From the NCBI GenBank assembly GCA_002269645.1, contig NIVC01000416.1:248001-312000 (forward strand): a DNA stretch of 64,000 nt. The letters run 5' to 3'. Both the position numbers and the translations under genes were made by a program. Source of the stretch: Macrostomum lignano. Lineage: Eukaryota. Of the stretch, positions 48,401 through 61,769 are shown one piece after another (the stretch's first letter is position 1; each line of letters starts with the position of its first letter). The notes under the pieces are model-generated. The model was not told the DNA's origin, ran no database searches, and saw nothing but the letters and a program-made list of their open reading frames with translations.

Positions 48401-51400
48401 ACACTCGTCTCTTCTCAGCTCTCTTCTCTCCTCTTATCTTCCGAATGTTATCTCATCTCACATCTCTCGCCTCTCCTCTCTTCTCATATCTTATTTTCTA
48501 CTTTCCTAATTTCCTCTCTCATATGTCCCGCAGCCAGATGTACTGGATTCTTTATCTGGCCCTTGGTGTAAATAAGTTTGCCGAACCCCGTATTAGTAAA
48601 TATAGAATCGATAGATCTAAATCAGTCAAGGATCGTCGCCTTGATCTGACATCTCCTAGAGCGGCACACACAGAAACTAAAAAACACAAGCAAGGCCAAA
48701 TAAAATATTCAAGCTAACTCAGAAAGTATTGAGTTAACAAGGTAAGCCTAACCAGCATCTGTAGTGGTGATGAAGCATAAGGTGAGCGAACTGGATGCTG
48801 TCTTGTATTTTTACGATCGTTGAACATGACAATCCTCTCTGACTGGCTACCAGCCAAGTGAGGGCTACTAACACTGATCTTAAATCAAATGCGGTATATC
48901 TACCACTGTAGATCCTGATTAGGGCATAAAGTCATTCTGTGTCATCCTGCCTGGAGACGGCTTCAAGTTGGCATTGTGGATATGTTCCACGAAGCTTAGG
49001 GGTTTTAGCCGTCGGACTCACGACTTGAAGGTCGGGGGTTCGATTCCCGATCCCACTCGGAACAATTTGTATCTTTGAGCAATACACTTGACTCAGCATT
49101 GCTTCAGTTCAACCAGCTGTAAAATGGGTGCCAGCATTAGCTGGGGTAATTGAGGGTCCTTGGACTGAGCTTTCGGTTGCACATCTGCCCAATAGGGCAG
49201 GCCGCAGGTGTAATCAATTATTATTATTCCATGAAGCTTGAAAACGATTTTTATATTGCATTGGAATAAATAAGATGTGCAAATCAAACCTACCAAGCAT
49301 GGACCCGGTTTCAGCTGGCATCGGCCTGGCAGCCGCAGTTGCACCCTGCAGCAGAGGAGGTGGAGGCGGCGGCGGTGGCGGAACCACGGCGAGCAAAGGC
49401 ACTGGCGGTTGGTGTTGATACATCGGCTGCAATGCAAATGTGATCGTTTATGCAATCCATGTGACTGATGGGTGTCAGGATTCCGGTGTGACTGATGGGT
49501 GTCAGGATTCCGGTGTGACTGATGTGTGTCAGACTCACCAAGAAAATGGACGGCTGTTCAGAATTAGACAGGGGTGGCTGATGTTGCTGAAGATGAAGAA
49601 GATGCGCAGCCTCTAATGGAGGCGCAGCTTGCTGCCCGGCCTCAAATTTCATCTGCTGCTGCTGCTGTTGTTCCTGCGGCGGAGGTGCGGAGTTCGAATC
49701 CACTTCTGAGACCGACATCTTGCCTTTCAGACAGGTGATGTACCGAGTACAGAAGTTGTCGCACAGCTCGTGAACCTGCCGTGGACAGGACGTAGAATGA
49801 GCATCACAGCCTCGAGCCGTGACCCCCCCTTTGACCCCGTGACCTCACTTCGCTCTATTGGCCTATGACCCGATCAGATTAAATTTACCAACTCTGACCG
49901 ACTCATGAATCTTTAATTTACCCCCTTCTTGACCCCCTCTGATTGAATCTACTGACCCCTGACCTCGCTCAGATTGAATCTACTGACCCCTTGACCCCCC
50001 AGATTGAATCTACTGACCCCTGACCTCGCTCAGATTGAATATACTGATCCCTTGACCCCCCAGATTGAATCTACTGACCACCTGACCTCGCTCAGATTGA
50101 ATCTACTGACCCCCTCACCCCCCTCAGATTGAATCTACTGGCCCCTGACCCCCCCCCCCAGATTGAAGCTACTGACCCCCTCAAATAAGTCACTTAAGGC
50201 ATCTAGATGGGTATCTACGATTATATAATATGGTATATAATTAATCTCGACAGGGAATGCCAAGGCGAACTGACAGGTGCAATTAGTTTTTTTTTCCAAA
50301 GCCCCAGGCCGAGAAAAATCTACATCGATTCTTTCTGCTTACCTTCTCCAATTCGAGTAGATGGAGGCGAAGCACCTGGATGGCCTGAATCATCTGAAGA
50401 GTGAATTACGGTCGAGGTTGTACTCGATGTGCTGGTTATAGAAACTGCTGCCCGACTTTCTATGTGTCTGGCCTGTCTGTGTGTCTGCCTGACTTTCCAT
50501 GTGTCTGGCCTGTCTGTCTGTCTGTCTGCCTGACTCCCAATGTGTCTGGCCTGTCTGTCTGTCTGTCTGCCTGAGTTTCCATGTGTCTGGCTGTCTGTCT
50601 GTGTGTCTGCCTGACTTTCCATGTGTCTGGCTGTCTGTCTGTGTGTCTGCCCGACTTTCCATGTGTCTGGCCCGTCTGTGTGTCTGTCCGACTTTCCATG
50701 TGTCTGGCCTGTCTGTCTGTGTGTCTGCCCGACTTTCCATGTGTCTGGCCCGTCTGTGTGTCTGTCCGACTTTCCATGTGTCTGGCCTGTCTCTCTGTGC
50801 GTCTGTGTGACTTTCCATGTGTCTGGCCTGTCTCTCTGTGCGTCTGTGTGACTTTCCATGTGTCTGGCCTGTCTCTCTGTGCGTCTGTGTGACTTTCCAT
50901 GTGTCTGGCCTGTCTCTCTGTGCGTCTGTGTGACTTTCCATGTGTCTGGCCTGTCTCTCTGTGCGTCTGTGTGACTTTCCATGTGTCTGGCCTGTCTCTC
51001 TGTGCGTCTGGCCAGTTTGTCTGTCTGTCTGGTCTATCTATCTGTCTTAGTGTTCATCTGTCTGCGTGTCTGTCTGTCTGTCTGGCTGTCTGTCTGCCTA
51101 TAACCCAGTTACATTAGTCAGAAGTCAGCCGCAGGTGCAGGCGCTGCCAGAACTCACCAGCGAGTCCAATTCCTCATCCGCCGTTAATGGGCCGCCATTG
51201 GCTGTGTTGAGCTGCAAAATGGAAACCGGTAGTGTGCTCAACTAGTGATAATTGATCTGGTTCCTAGCCAATCTACCCTCCAACCCTCACCAATCTACCC
51301 TCCAACCCCTCACCAATCTACCCTCCAACCCTCACCAATCTACCCTCCAACTCCTCACCAACCTACCCTCTACCCTAAACCAACCTACCCTCTACCCTAA

Positions 51401-54400
51401 ACCAACCTACCCTCTACCCTAAACCAACCTACCCTCTACCCCAAACCAACCTACCCTCTGCCCCAAACCAACCTACCCTCTACCCCAAACCAACCTACCC
51501 TCTACCCCAATCCCAAACCAACCTACCCTCTACCCCAAACCAACCTACCCTCTGCCCCAAACCAACCTACCCTCTGCCCCAAACTAACCTACCCTCTGCC
51601 CCAAACCAACCTACCCTCTACCCCAATCCCAAACCAACCTACCCTCTGCCCCAAACCAACCTACCCTCTGCCCCAAACCAACCTACCCTCCGCCCTTAGC
51701 AATATCAGTTTTTCTCAATTTTTCAATCTTGAAGCTAAATTTTTGAAAAGTTCAATAAAATGAAGTAACGCGTTATTATTTCAAAACAGCCTACAAACAA
51801 AGAAGCTAGATAGATAGACAACTGAAACACTGAAGCACTTATTCCATTCACCTCTCTAGCAAAAGCGGCAATGTCTTCATCAAAGCTTAAACTCGAACAG
51901 ACATCGCCTTCACTGCCGCCGCCTCCCGCTGCCGCTGCGCCTTGAAGATCTGAGCTTGCCGCGGCAGAAGCCGATGACCCATCGTCAGCCAAGCTGCCAG
52001 GCTTTTCTCGATTCGTTTGACAAGTGGCCAGTTCGCATTTTTCGAATACCATCGATAACAGAGGGTAGAGCGGGTGACTGCCGGATTAGACGAAAAGGTT
52101 TGCATAGATCTGTACGAATCTTCTGGTTAGTTGTACTGAGCAATCATACGAAACCCATGTAGTTTTGGGTAAACAGCAGGAGTAACTATTATGTAATATT
52201 AGGGCTCAATGCCTCGTCATCTAATTAGTACTACAACTTGGGCTACTTGGGTGTTCTTTTTAGGGTGGGCATTTTGCGACTTTACTTATTTTGGCTGGGC
52301 CCCTATAGACCTATGAAAGAAACCCTAAAGCAAGTTTAACGTAATTTTGGGCAAACGGCAGGAGTAACTATGACTGTAATATTAAGGCTAAATACCTCGT
52401 TATCGGGGTCCAAACCAGGGGCCTAGCCAGGAATTTCCTACGGGGGATACACCAAGGTAAAAGTGCTATGACAGAGTCACATGGTAGCATGTATAGCAAC
52501 AAAGGGCAACAAAAAAGTTTTGGTCAGGCTCTTCAGGGGGGATACATCGACCCTATCCCCCCCTCCCTACGCCCCTGGTCCAAACGCCATCATGACACAA
52601 ATAAGATGCCTTAGTGTCAAAGATAACATTAGGAATGAGTTCCAGATACTCGTCAGTAAAATTGACAAACTGTAGAGTTCTGGCAGCTTAGCTAAAAACA
52701 TATTTCAAATAGACAAAATTCTACTTAGATAAGTAACAAGGTACAAAACATGCATTTTTATAAACAATTTTTCATCAAGCAATATATACATGTATCTATC
52801 TAGTCAGTGTTAATATCTTAATGTAGATCTAATCAGCCTCACGGCCTCATCAACTATCAGCACCAGAGCTCTCACACCAGCCTTATAATAATAAATAATT
52901 AATCAACGTTCCCTCCACTGTAAAGTAGTCAGCCAGTCAGCCAAGTAGCACAGGCACGGGGCTTGGCCAATATTGCTCATAGCTATAGGTACATGCCAGG
53001 TAGGTAAGGTAGGCTTAACAGAATGCATGGGGTTTTTCAGCTGAGTTTTTGCGGGCAGCGCGCAGGGTTGAAAAACATTTCAAGGGAAAATTCGTGTGAC
53101 AGGTCATTTTGGACTCGGATTTCTTAGAAATGAGCTGGCAGCTCAGTGGCGGCGCAACACCTCCGATTAGGGGGGGGGGGGGGGGTTGGGTGGTCACCCC
53201 CAACAATTTTTTAGAATTAGAGCAGCGCATTACGCTAAAATCTCACAAACACGCATATAACGAGCTCGTACTAAAAAATTATGGTAGGTCACCCCACGGA
53301 GGGATGGGAGGGTGGTGGTCACCTCCCAGGGGGGTAGGAGGGTGGTCACTGGTCACCCGGGGGCAGCAGCCCCTTCTGCCCAGCCCCCGCCTGCGCCGCC
53401 ACTCACCGTGCTTTGTGGAATTGTGAAGACTGTGGCAGATTTAGAATTTCATTTTTTTGGGGGGAGGGGCGGTCCAAGTTTGGGGCGCCAACATGAGTAT
53501 GAGGGGCGCCAATTTTAAAGCTAGGGGGCGCAATTCTATCAAGGTATTTTTGGGGCCGGGGGCGCCCCCCTAAATCCGCCCCTGAGAGAGAGCCGTCTCT
53601 CGACTCTCCTCTCATCTTTTATCTATCTCGCCTCTCCTCTCTTCTGTAATCTTTCATGTGGCCCTTCAGGTAACAAAAATTGCCGCCCACGCTCTTAAGA
53701 AATCGAATCTCTTTCTCGAACAATTTTGTCTTATGCCAATACTCCATTAGAGTATGCGTTCGTTATTTATATATAGCGCACTAAATTCACTTAAGTTATT
53801 TGTATAGAACTTTGTAATACAATTCAGAAACTGTTATCACGTACATACACAATAAATAAGCGACAGACGGAAGCGACAGTAAAAGTCAAATAAATGAACT
53901 TGATTTAATTTTTTGGCTTTTATTAACAGTATAGCCCGCCGTATCAAAATACTGCAAAATAAAGTCATAAAATTGATTGGTGCTACCGTGCTTAATTATC
54001 TATCTTATTTATAAAATCTTATCAATATACACGGTGAAATCAGTAAGAGAGATAAGGAAAAGTTTGAAGGCGGAACACTTCAAACAAAACGTGCGCACGA
54101 CTAGACTTGGCAATAATAATAATAATAATAATAATATTAAATAATATTTAGTAATCTTATGCTAGAGTCAAGAATAATGGTTATAAACGTATGAAACAAG
54201 TATAACAGCGGAGCACAACTCACTCACCTGCAGATCAAATTGTGACTCAGCTCTATGTGCTGGGACTGCACGCCTGATTCAGCTGAAGCAGAAGAAGAAG
54301 CATCCACTGACGCAGTCTGCGAACTACTCGAGTTCTCCTGCCGAGGTTGCTGCTGTTGTGGCACGTCAACACGGTCAACAGTCTGCTGTTGACGGAGGTG

Positions 54401-55088
54401 TGGAGAGCGGGGAGTGCAACTGATAGATGGGAAATAACATACGGTCAGTGGTCACGGAAGACAGGGGGGATGCCATAGGGAAGAAAAAGAGAGAATGCCA
54501 GAGGGAAGACAGGGAATCACCTGGGGAACACAGACAGGGAACACCTTGGAAACACAGACGGGGATCACCTGGGGAACACAGACGAGAATCACTTGGGGAA
54601 CACAGACGGGGATCACCTGGGGAAGACAAACAGGGATCACCTGGGGAAGACAATGACAAGACCGACAAGAAATCACCTGAGGAACACAGAAGGAATCACC
54701 TGGGGAAGACAGACAGGAAATCAAATCACCTGGGGAACAACAGACGGGGATCACCTGAGGAACACAGACGGAATCACCTGGGGAAGACAGAAAGGAAATC
54801 AAATCACCTGGGGAACAACAGACGGGGATCACCTGAGGAACACAGACGGAATCACCTGGGGAAGACAGACAGGAAATCAAATCACCTGGGGAACAACAGA
54901 CGGGGATCACCTGAGGAACACAGACGGAATCACCTGGGGAAGACAGACACGGAAGGGAATCACCTGGGCTGGGGCCTGAGGGGACAGCCAGGGAATCACC
55001 TGACCCTGGGGAAGTGTAACTGTAAGAATTAATAATTGAAATTTCACAATTGCAAAAAAATTCTTACCTGTTGTTGTGGGGCTGTCAT
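45421..55088 (-). CDS. MEIS: Meis/homothorax TALE homeobox protein (~503 aa); exons 55068-55088, 54228-54385, 51852-52077, 51158-51211, 50343-50393, 49539-49775, 49294-49426, 48056-48261, 47203-47279, 47031-47089, 46060-46149, 45421-45620
   Basis: The MEIS/HM domain reads [73 protein letters not shown]. The homeodomain reads [60 protein letters not shown], which is Meis-type rather than PKNOX-type. All junctions are GT-AG and phase-consistent (1512 nt total). The first two and last two exons are less certain. Confidence 0.92.
45715..46005 (+). repeat. 21-bp minisatellite in the last Meis intron
   Basis: Unit CCCGATCTACAATCCCGAGAT. Confidence 0.9.
46370..47005 (+). repeat. (GACA)n-derived compound repeat in a Meis intron
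   Basis: GACA runs with recurring variant blocks. Confidence 0.95.
47340..47970 (+). repeat. 23-bp minisatellite in the Meis homeobox intron
   Basis: Unit ATTGATCCCTATAGATCCTATCT. Confidence 0.95.
48999..49229 (+). mobile_element. CORE-like SINE copy C (internal deletions), in a Meis intron
   Basis: GGTTCGATTCC B box, core CAGCTGTAAAATGGGTGCC and an (ATT)n tail. Confidence 0.85.
49870..50180 (+). repeat. ~30-bp minisatellite in a Meis intron
   Basis: Unit GATTGAATCTACTGACCCCTGACCTCGCTCA and variants. Confidence 0.85.
50455..51010 (+). repeat. ~37-41-bp minisatellite in a Meis intron
   Basis: Unit GACTTTCCATGTGTCTGGCCTGTCTCTCTGTGCGTCTGTGT and variants. Confidence 0.9.
51270..51695 (+). repeat. 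20-22-bp minisatellite in a Meis intron
   Basis: Units CCAATCTACCCTCCAACCCTCA then CCAAACCAACCTACCCTCTACC. Confidence 0.9.
52416..52577. mobile_element. hAT MITE (162 bp)
   Basis: TIR CAGGGGCCTAG / CTACGCCCCTG with a perfect 8-bp TSD GTCCAAAC (52408-52415, 52578-52585). Confidence 0.85.
53144..53404. mobile_element. MITE with CAGTGGCGGCGCA TIR
   Basis: Inverted end TGCGCCGCCACT at ~53392-53403. No clear TSD. Confidence 0.6.
53430..53584. mobile_element. MITE related to 1264-1541
   Basis: Shares GTGGCAGATTTAGAATTTCATTT..GTCCAAGTTTGGG..AATTTTAAAGCTAGGGG and the CTAAATCCGCCCCTG end. Confidence 0.7.
54500..55010 (+). repeat. ~24-bp modular repeat with a 78-bp higher-order unit in Meis intron 1
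   Basis: Core (G/A)ATCACCTGGGGAA-ACAGAC, with three 78-bp copies at ~54670-54950. Confidence 0.9.
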
Positions 55089-57940
55089 AATTAAAAATCT
55101 GTAGACTATAGTTATAAGATAGAAATTTCCTTGTGATGAGTTAGTTATTCTAAGCCGAGTCAGTCAAGTTGTAACTGTTATTCTGTTAAGTGAGGCCTTC
55201 TCAACTGCGCTCTTCTGTTTCTTGTCTCTTTTGAAGCGCTTGCCTTTTGAAAAGAATGAGAGTGAAGGGTCAGTCAGTCACTCACTGTCCTTCACTCTGG
55301 CTAAAGCCCGTTCACTCGCAGAGTAAAGGAAGATAGGATGACGGTTTAATTATAATTGACGAGAGCTTGCGGAGTCGGGGTCAGTAAAGAGAGATACGAG
55401 ACGCGGAGTAGGGAGGTTTGGAAGAGGGGTTGGGGTAGGTTGGACTGCGGAGGGAGGGGGGGGGCTGATGGCCAACCAAGCTCACTGCTGCTCCAGTCCA
55501 GACTGTCAAAATTTGGCGTGGGCACGACGGGACGGGTCGTAATAAAACGTCAAATAAATTTATACACAGTCACGGCAGACTTGGCAGAGCGGCAATTGCT
55601 ATTGCTAAACGGAGCTTGAGCAGGGGGGGGGGGCTTGCCTTGCAATACAAAAGAGAATGAATGAATGAAAGAGCGATCTTTCTTTTTAATAACTCGGTTC
55701 TGCTCTCTCTGTGAACAGAGCGGCAAGCGGGTGGAGAGGGTGCTGACTGCCGTCGCTGGTTGGCTAAATAACAAAAGTGGCAGCTCTCAAAGGAAAATTA
55801 TACCCATGCAACAAACACTAAGGCAGCTAAGCGGATTCTTCTGACTTCTTGAAGTTGTGCCGCCGTCTTTTGTAGGTTTGGATTGGGTTGGATTGACTGC
55901 CAACGCCAAGCCTGTCTCTTTAGTCTTTACAGTTCTCAGACTGGCAGCTTAAAGCTGACTGCAGGTTTAGTTATGCCGGTGGCCCGTATATTATAATTGG
56001 TTTCCTCCTTGTGGGTGGCACAGTGGCAGGCATAAAATCTCTCTTGTTTCGTCTGGACCCGGACCCCGGTTGGGGTTGGGAGAGTGCGCCAGCCGGGCAT
56101 TGGAGGGTCCGGGGTCCCTTCTTTACCCCCACCTCACTCCCCGGGGGTTGAGGCGGTTGAAACAATCGCAAGTTAAACCACAGCGGGAGGCATATTATAA
56201 GAACGGTTATATAGCATAGTATGAATAATAGTCCAAGTATACCTAATTGACGTTAGTACAAAACCACTACAACAAAGCTTACAGGACAGTAGACACCGGT
56301 TATATTATATTTTTTACTTCAAACTCAAGACATTTAGAGAATTAATTAATAACAGAAATACGCTGACTAGACTAATGTAATGCTTTCGAAGAGCTACCAC
56401 TTTTATATTCTAAGCAAGCTACAAATCAAAATATCATGCTGATACCCTTGTTTGTATATTATTTGTATTTGTATTACAGTTATTTGTATTATTTGTATAT
56501 TTTAATACAAAATATTCAAACGCATATTCCGAAACACAAACTACTATAAGTAGACGAAGGAGAGGTCCGTAAAGACCACAATTTTTATTAGGCATTTAAT
56601 CCGCTGCTGCAGATCACTTTGTGTTTGTATTCATTAAGGGAATTAAGAAAGGATAATTAGGAACAAGAAGTCGACAATCTGAACGCGTATTAACCACCTG
56701 CGTGAGTTTAAGCACACAACAGAATTTTATGCAACGGCTGCTCTTGATGCAAGCAAATGTTTTGTTTTCAATGGACATTTATTTATCAAAGGTAACATAA
56801 AAGTGAAACAAATTAAACAAACAGTCAATTTTTTTCTAACTTTATTTTCGACACAAAAATATATTTAGATCAAATGGTTTTTATTGTATATGCATAAGAA
56901 TAATTAACACATACCTGCTCTATGTATTACCTTCTTAGCTAATCGGCAGACATTGAAAGGTGAACACACCAAGGCGGCAACAAACTTCAAACTAAATTAG
57001 CCGGGAAAAGCAAAGTAAGACTTGTAAGACAAAGCAATTGCTCAGCTAGTGCAGCCAGTAGAAAAAGCGCATATAGCACGTAACTAAGCGCATGAAAGCT
57101 AAAGAGAGAGATGAGACCGCGCCTCACGGGTCAGCAGATTAAGGAATGAGCTAAATCTATAATTAGCCAAATAATTAGCCAATGAATCAACAACTAAAAT
57201 TTTGATTTCTCACTATATTATTAATAAAGCAAAATGGTAGAAACACTCAAAGCTTAGTAATGATTACATCCGATTGGAATGGCCAAAATGCCTTGAATAA
57301 ATTTTTACATATTATAAGAATAATTAAAGGAACAAAACTGTGTATTTAAATAAATAAAAAAGAATAAAACAAACCAATTACAGGTGCAAAGCAAGCAAAA
57401 ATGTCAGACAACAACACAATTCCCAAAGAAGAGTCAAAATCAACACAGCGATAATTTTTCTCCACAGAATCAAACACAGACAGTTGATTGGTTGCCTCAG
57501 ATTCGGACACGCGGCACAAGTTGAGAGGCAACAAGTCGTACAGCAAAGAAAAAAACAGAAACTGCAACAACAGTTCCACTAATCAAGGTAATTATTAGTA
57601 AGTTTTTTTATAAGTCCGATTCTGCAAACAAGGAAAGAAAAGACACACGTTACGTAACTTTCATTATATTGAAGTTGTACCTTCTTGTATATACTACTTA
57701 CTTGCTTAGTAGATCGAATTTCTTTGGCTTTAACCGTCTATTTATACTACTTAGTTCAACGAGTAATAAGTAGGGTGAACGATTATAATTCTTGAAACAG
57801 TTGACGCTGTTAAGCAGGCATGAACTGGATGTAAATATTAAATAACTAATTATTGTGGCCATATATTAATTAGTAGAATAAAATTACACACTGAGCTGTT
57901 ATTACAATCAATATAATCATAATTATGAATAGTTATTAAA

Positions 57941-60900
57941 TCACTGATTGTGATGATTGTGTCGATGACTTCGGCTGGAGCTTCTTCGCCTAGATTTGTG
58001 ATGCGAGGATTTCCGTTTGTGTCGCTTGTGATGGTTTTGGCGGCGACTGTGGTGGCGATCGTGCTGCTGGTGATGGTGACGCTTGCTGCGTTTCTGTGGG
58101 AAAAATGAATGGAAAAATATCACAACGGTAAAGCAGCTCAGCGCTTAACGCGTCTGACTGTTGCGCGTCAAGTCAGTGGGGCCACATTCATGAAGTTCGT
58201 GCACGGCATTTAGCGGAGGCGCTGCATAAGCGCGCAGTTGCATAAGTGCAGCAGTTGCATAAGCGCGCAGTTGCATAAGCGCAGTTGCATAAGCGCGCAG
58301 TTGCATAAGCGCAGTTGCATAAGCACAGCAGTTGCATAAGTGCAGTTGCATAAGCACAGCAGTTGCATAAGCGCGCAGTTGCATTAGAGCACATTTGCAT
58401 AAGCGCCAGTTGCATAAGCGCAGCAGTTGCATAAGCGCGCAGAGTAATAATCCCGCAGTTGCATAAGCACGCAGTTGCATAAGCGCGCAGTTGCATTAGA
58501 GCACATTTGCGTAAGCGCCAGTTGCATAAGCGCAGTTTTGCAAAAGCGCGCAGTGTAATAAGCGCGCAGTGTAATAAGCACGCATTTGCAAAAGCGCGCA
58601 GTGTAATAAGCACGCATTTGCATAAGCGCTAGTTGCATAAGCGCTAGTTGCATAAGCGCTAGTTGCATAAGCGCTAGTTGCATAAGCGCAAATTTGCAAT
58701 AAACAATATAAACAATGTAGCAAATTTCAAGTTACCTTAGCGGTTTCCCGGTCACTGCTACTACTGCTTTCGTCACTGTCGCTGTTGCAGTCTTCTTTGG
58801 CGCTATTGTGAGCACTGTGCGCTGCTGCGGCGGAAGCGGCGGCGGCGGTGGCCGCGGCTGCGGCAAGCCCGGAGCAGCATTCCACCCAGTCGTATTCAGA
58901 CGAGGAAGGCGACGAAGAGGACTGGTCTTGGCTTGCTTTCCGCTTCAAGCTGGACGATTGTTGATGCCGCTGCTGCTGCTGCTGCTGCTGAGGCTCGGAG
59001 TTCGAAGCGGCTGGCAGCTGATACGACGGCGGCGGAGTCCGTGCCGACGCTCTAGCATCAACTGGCGCAGATGCCGACGCCACGACTGACTTAGTAGGCT
59101 GCGGAGGCGTCAACTGCATCACGAGTTGTTGCTTTTGCTGTTGCTGCTGCTGCTGCAGAGGAACCGGGACACAGCTGAACTTGTTGCCCTCAACCTTGTG
59201 TATTTTCAATCGAATACAAGTGGACGACGGCGACGCGGCGGCAGAGGCGGACGAATGAGACGGCGACTGGGAAGGACTGCCGTAGCTAACCAATAACTCA
59301 CTGTTGCCAGCCTGAGCTGCTGCAGCCTGAGCTGTCGAATCGCTTGTAGAACCGTTGTTGCTCTTTGAAGAATAGCAACTAGAGTTGACATTGCGAGCGG
59401 ACATGAACTGTAACAGGTCGGTTTTGCTGCCACTACTGGTGCTGCTACCGCTGCTAACTGATCCGCTGCCATTGCAATTGCCATTGCTGGAGTTATTGCG
59501 CAGGACAAACACTGGACGCGGTGTAAACATCGGTCCAGACGATGTTGTCGACGTTATAGTGGACTGAATCGGACTAGCGGCCGATGACACCAGCACGCGA
59601 ATAGTGGAAGTGGACGGAATCGATCGAACGGCAGCCGTCTGGCTAGTCGGTATCGATGACGCCGGTATCGTCGGAGCAGCAGCAATAGGCGGCGTCGGGT
59701 GAGGCGCATCCACAGTGGACACGGGCCTGGCGCCGTTGCTATTATTGTTGACAAGAGCTGACAGGTCAGTCCGCCTGTAGAACAGAATATACGGGCAAGA
59801 GTTCAGCACCCGAGTCTCGCTGATTCGTTCAACCGAGGCATCGTTCAAGCACCACCAGGCCTCGTTGCGTTTAGCGTAGCAATAATAGTGCCCAAACTTG
59901 GTGCTGGCGCCGTGGTGTATGACCACGGAATACAGGTCGTATTGCACTGGCCGGCCTCGCTTAGACATGAACGGACGCAGGTCCAGACTAAGCGGAAACT
60001 CAACAAACCGGCTAATCTTGCTGTTGTGACCCCATTGGAATCGGTTCAACTGGATAGTTAAGATTGGCGGGCCAACAGCAATGCTGAAACTCTTCTTGGC
60101 AGTCACTTTTGTGCGACATTTCTCGCATTTGTAAGCGTTGGAGTCTTTCAACAGATCGGCGGATACAAACCGCTGCAGACAGTCGATCAAGTTGTTGCTG
60201 CTCTGGATGCACAGGCTTAGATCCATGAAATCGTCGAATGTCTGCGACTGGGCGCCGCATTTTGAGCAGAGTACGGACGATTTGAGCTTGCCGCAGAATA
60301 GCACTCGGATTGGATTGGATGCGCGCCTGTTGGTTGCAAATATAGCAGTAAATTTTATAAATTGCTCACGTACCTAACGGTATTACTGCTCACCGCTACT
60401 CATCGGTCACCGGACACCACTACTCATCAACAGGTACTTTTGACGGTCACCACTACTGATCAACAGGCAATTTTAAAGGGATACAGCTACTCATCATCAT
60501 TCATCAACCGGTACGTTTGACAGGACACAGCTACTCATCATCATTCATCAACCGGTACGTTTGACAGGACACAGCTACTCATCAACCGGTATGTTTGACA
60601 GGACACAGCTACTCATCAACCGGTATGTTTGACAGGACACAGCTACTCATCAACCGGTATGTTTGACAGGACACAGCTACTCATCAACCGGTATGTTTGA
60701 CAGGACGCAGCTACTCATCAACCGGTATGTTTAACAGGACACAGCTACTCATCAACCAGTATGTTTAACAGGACACAGCTACTCATCAACCGGTATGTTT
60801 GACAGGACACAGCTACTCATCAACCGGTATGTTTAACAGGACACAGCTACTCATCAACCAGTATGTTTAACAGGACACAGCTACTCATCAACCGGTATGT

Positions 60901-61769
60901 TTGACAGGACACAGCTACTAATCAACCGGTATGTTTGACAGGACACAGCTACTCATCAACCGGTATGTTTGACAGGACACAGCTACTCATCAACCGGTAT
61001 GTTTGACAGGACACAGCTACTCATCAACCGGTATGTTTGACAGGACACAGCTACTCATCAACCGGTCCTTTGGTGGTTAATACTTGAAAAAAGGGACGAG
61101 ACAATGATAAAGTTAGTAGAGATTTTAAAAGAAATAAAACAAAATTAGACACAGAAGAACCTACTTCGAGTAATAGAAATGTCACAAAATGTCTAAAAAG
61201 GACACAACAGACTCTTACTTAGACTCGGCGCCCGTATAACCGTGCAAACAATTGCTCTCCATATAGTCCAATAGGCCGCGCAAAAACTCGTGCGCATCCT
61301 CTTGCCGATTAAGGCGCATTGTAGGCGATATAGCGCTCAATCTGTTCATGAAAGCGCGCGGATAACAGGCCGACCCGGGACCGCAGCTGTAGCGCTTATA
61401 ATAGCGCACAAATTCACAAACTGCGCACCATTTGTCAACGCTAGGCACAATTCTACAAGTCGACACGTGACTGCTCAATACGAAATTGATAAAAGCCGGC
61501 GTGTGCAGCAGAGACTGGAGCACAGAGATCATATAGCAGTAGTTGCCTTCGTTAGTGAAGCCAAACGGTAGACCAGTGTAGCTGTGCTGCAGCTGTACCA
61601 GCTTGTAGGAGAATAGCTTTGGTTGCTGCAGTTGCTGCTGCTGCTGCTGCAGATGCTGCTGCCTGTCTCCATTCAATAAGCTGTGATGCCCGTAGCCGTT
61701 CGACGTTGAAGCGATCGATCCGTTGCTATTAGAGCCATTCTGCTGCTGCTGCAGGATGGGTGCCAGCAT
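57941..61769 (-). CDS. USP36: ubiquitin-specific protease USP36/42 family (scrawny-like, ~764 aa); exons 61219-61769, 58736-60326, 57941-58093
   Basis: Cys box GFTNEGNYCYMISVLQ, RQEDAHEFL, C-x2-C zinc pairs (CSKC, CEKC) and His box GHYYCYAK..WWCLND..PYILFY. Introns are GT-AG, phase 2 and phase 0. The start is inferred. Confidence 0.9.
58225..58690 (+). repeat. 15-16-bp minisatellite in the last USP36 intron
   Basis: Unit GCAGTTGCATAAGC(GC). Confidence 0.9.
60400..61070 (+). repeat. 34-bp minisatellite in USP36 intron 1
   Basis: Unit GGACACAGCTACTCATCAACCGGTATGTTTGACA. Confidence 0.95.
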
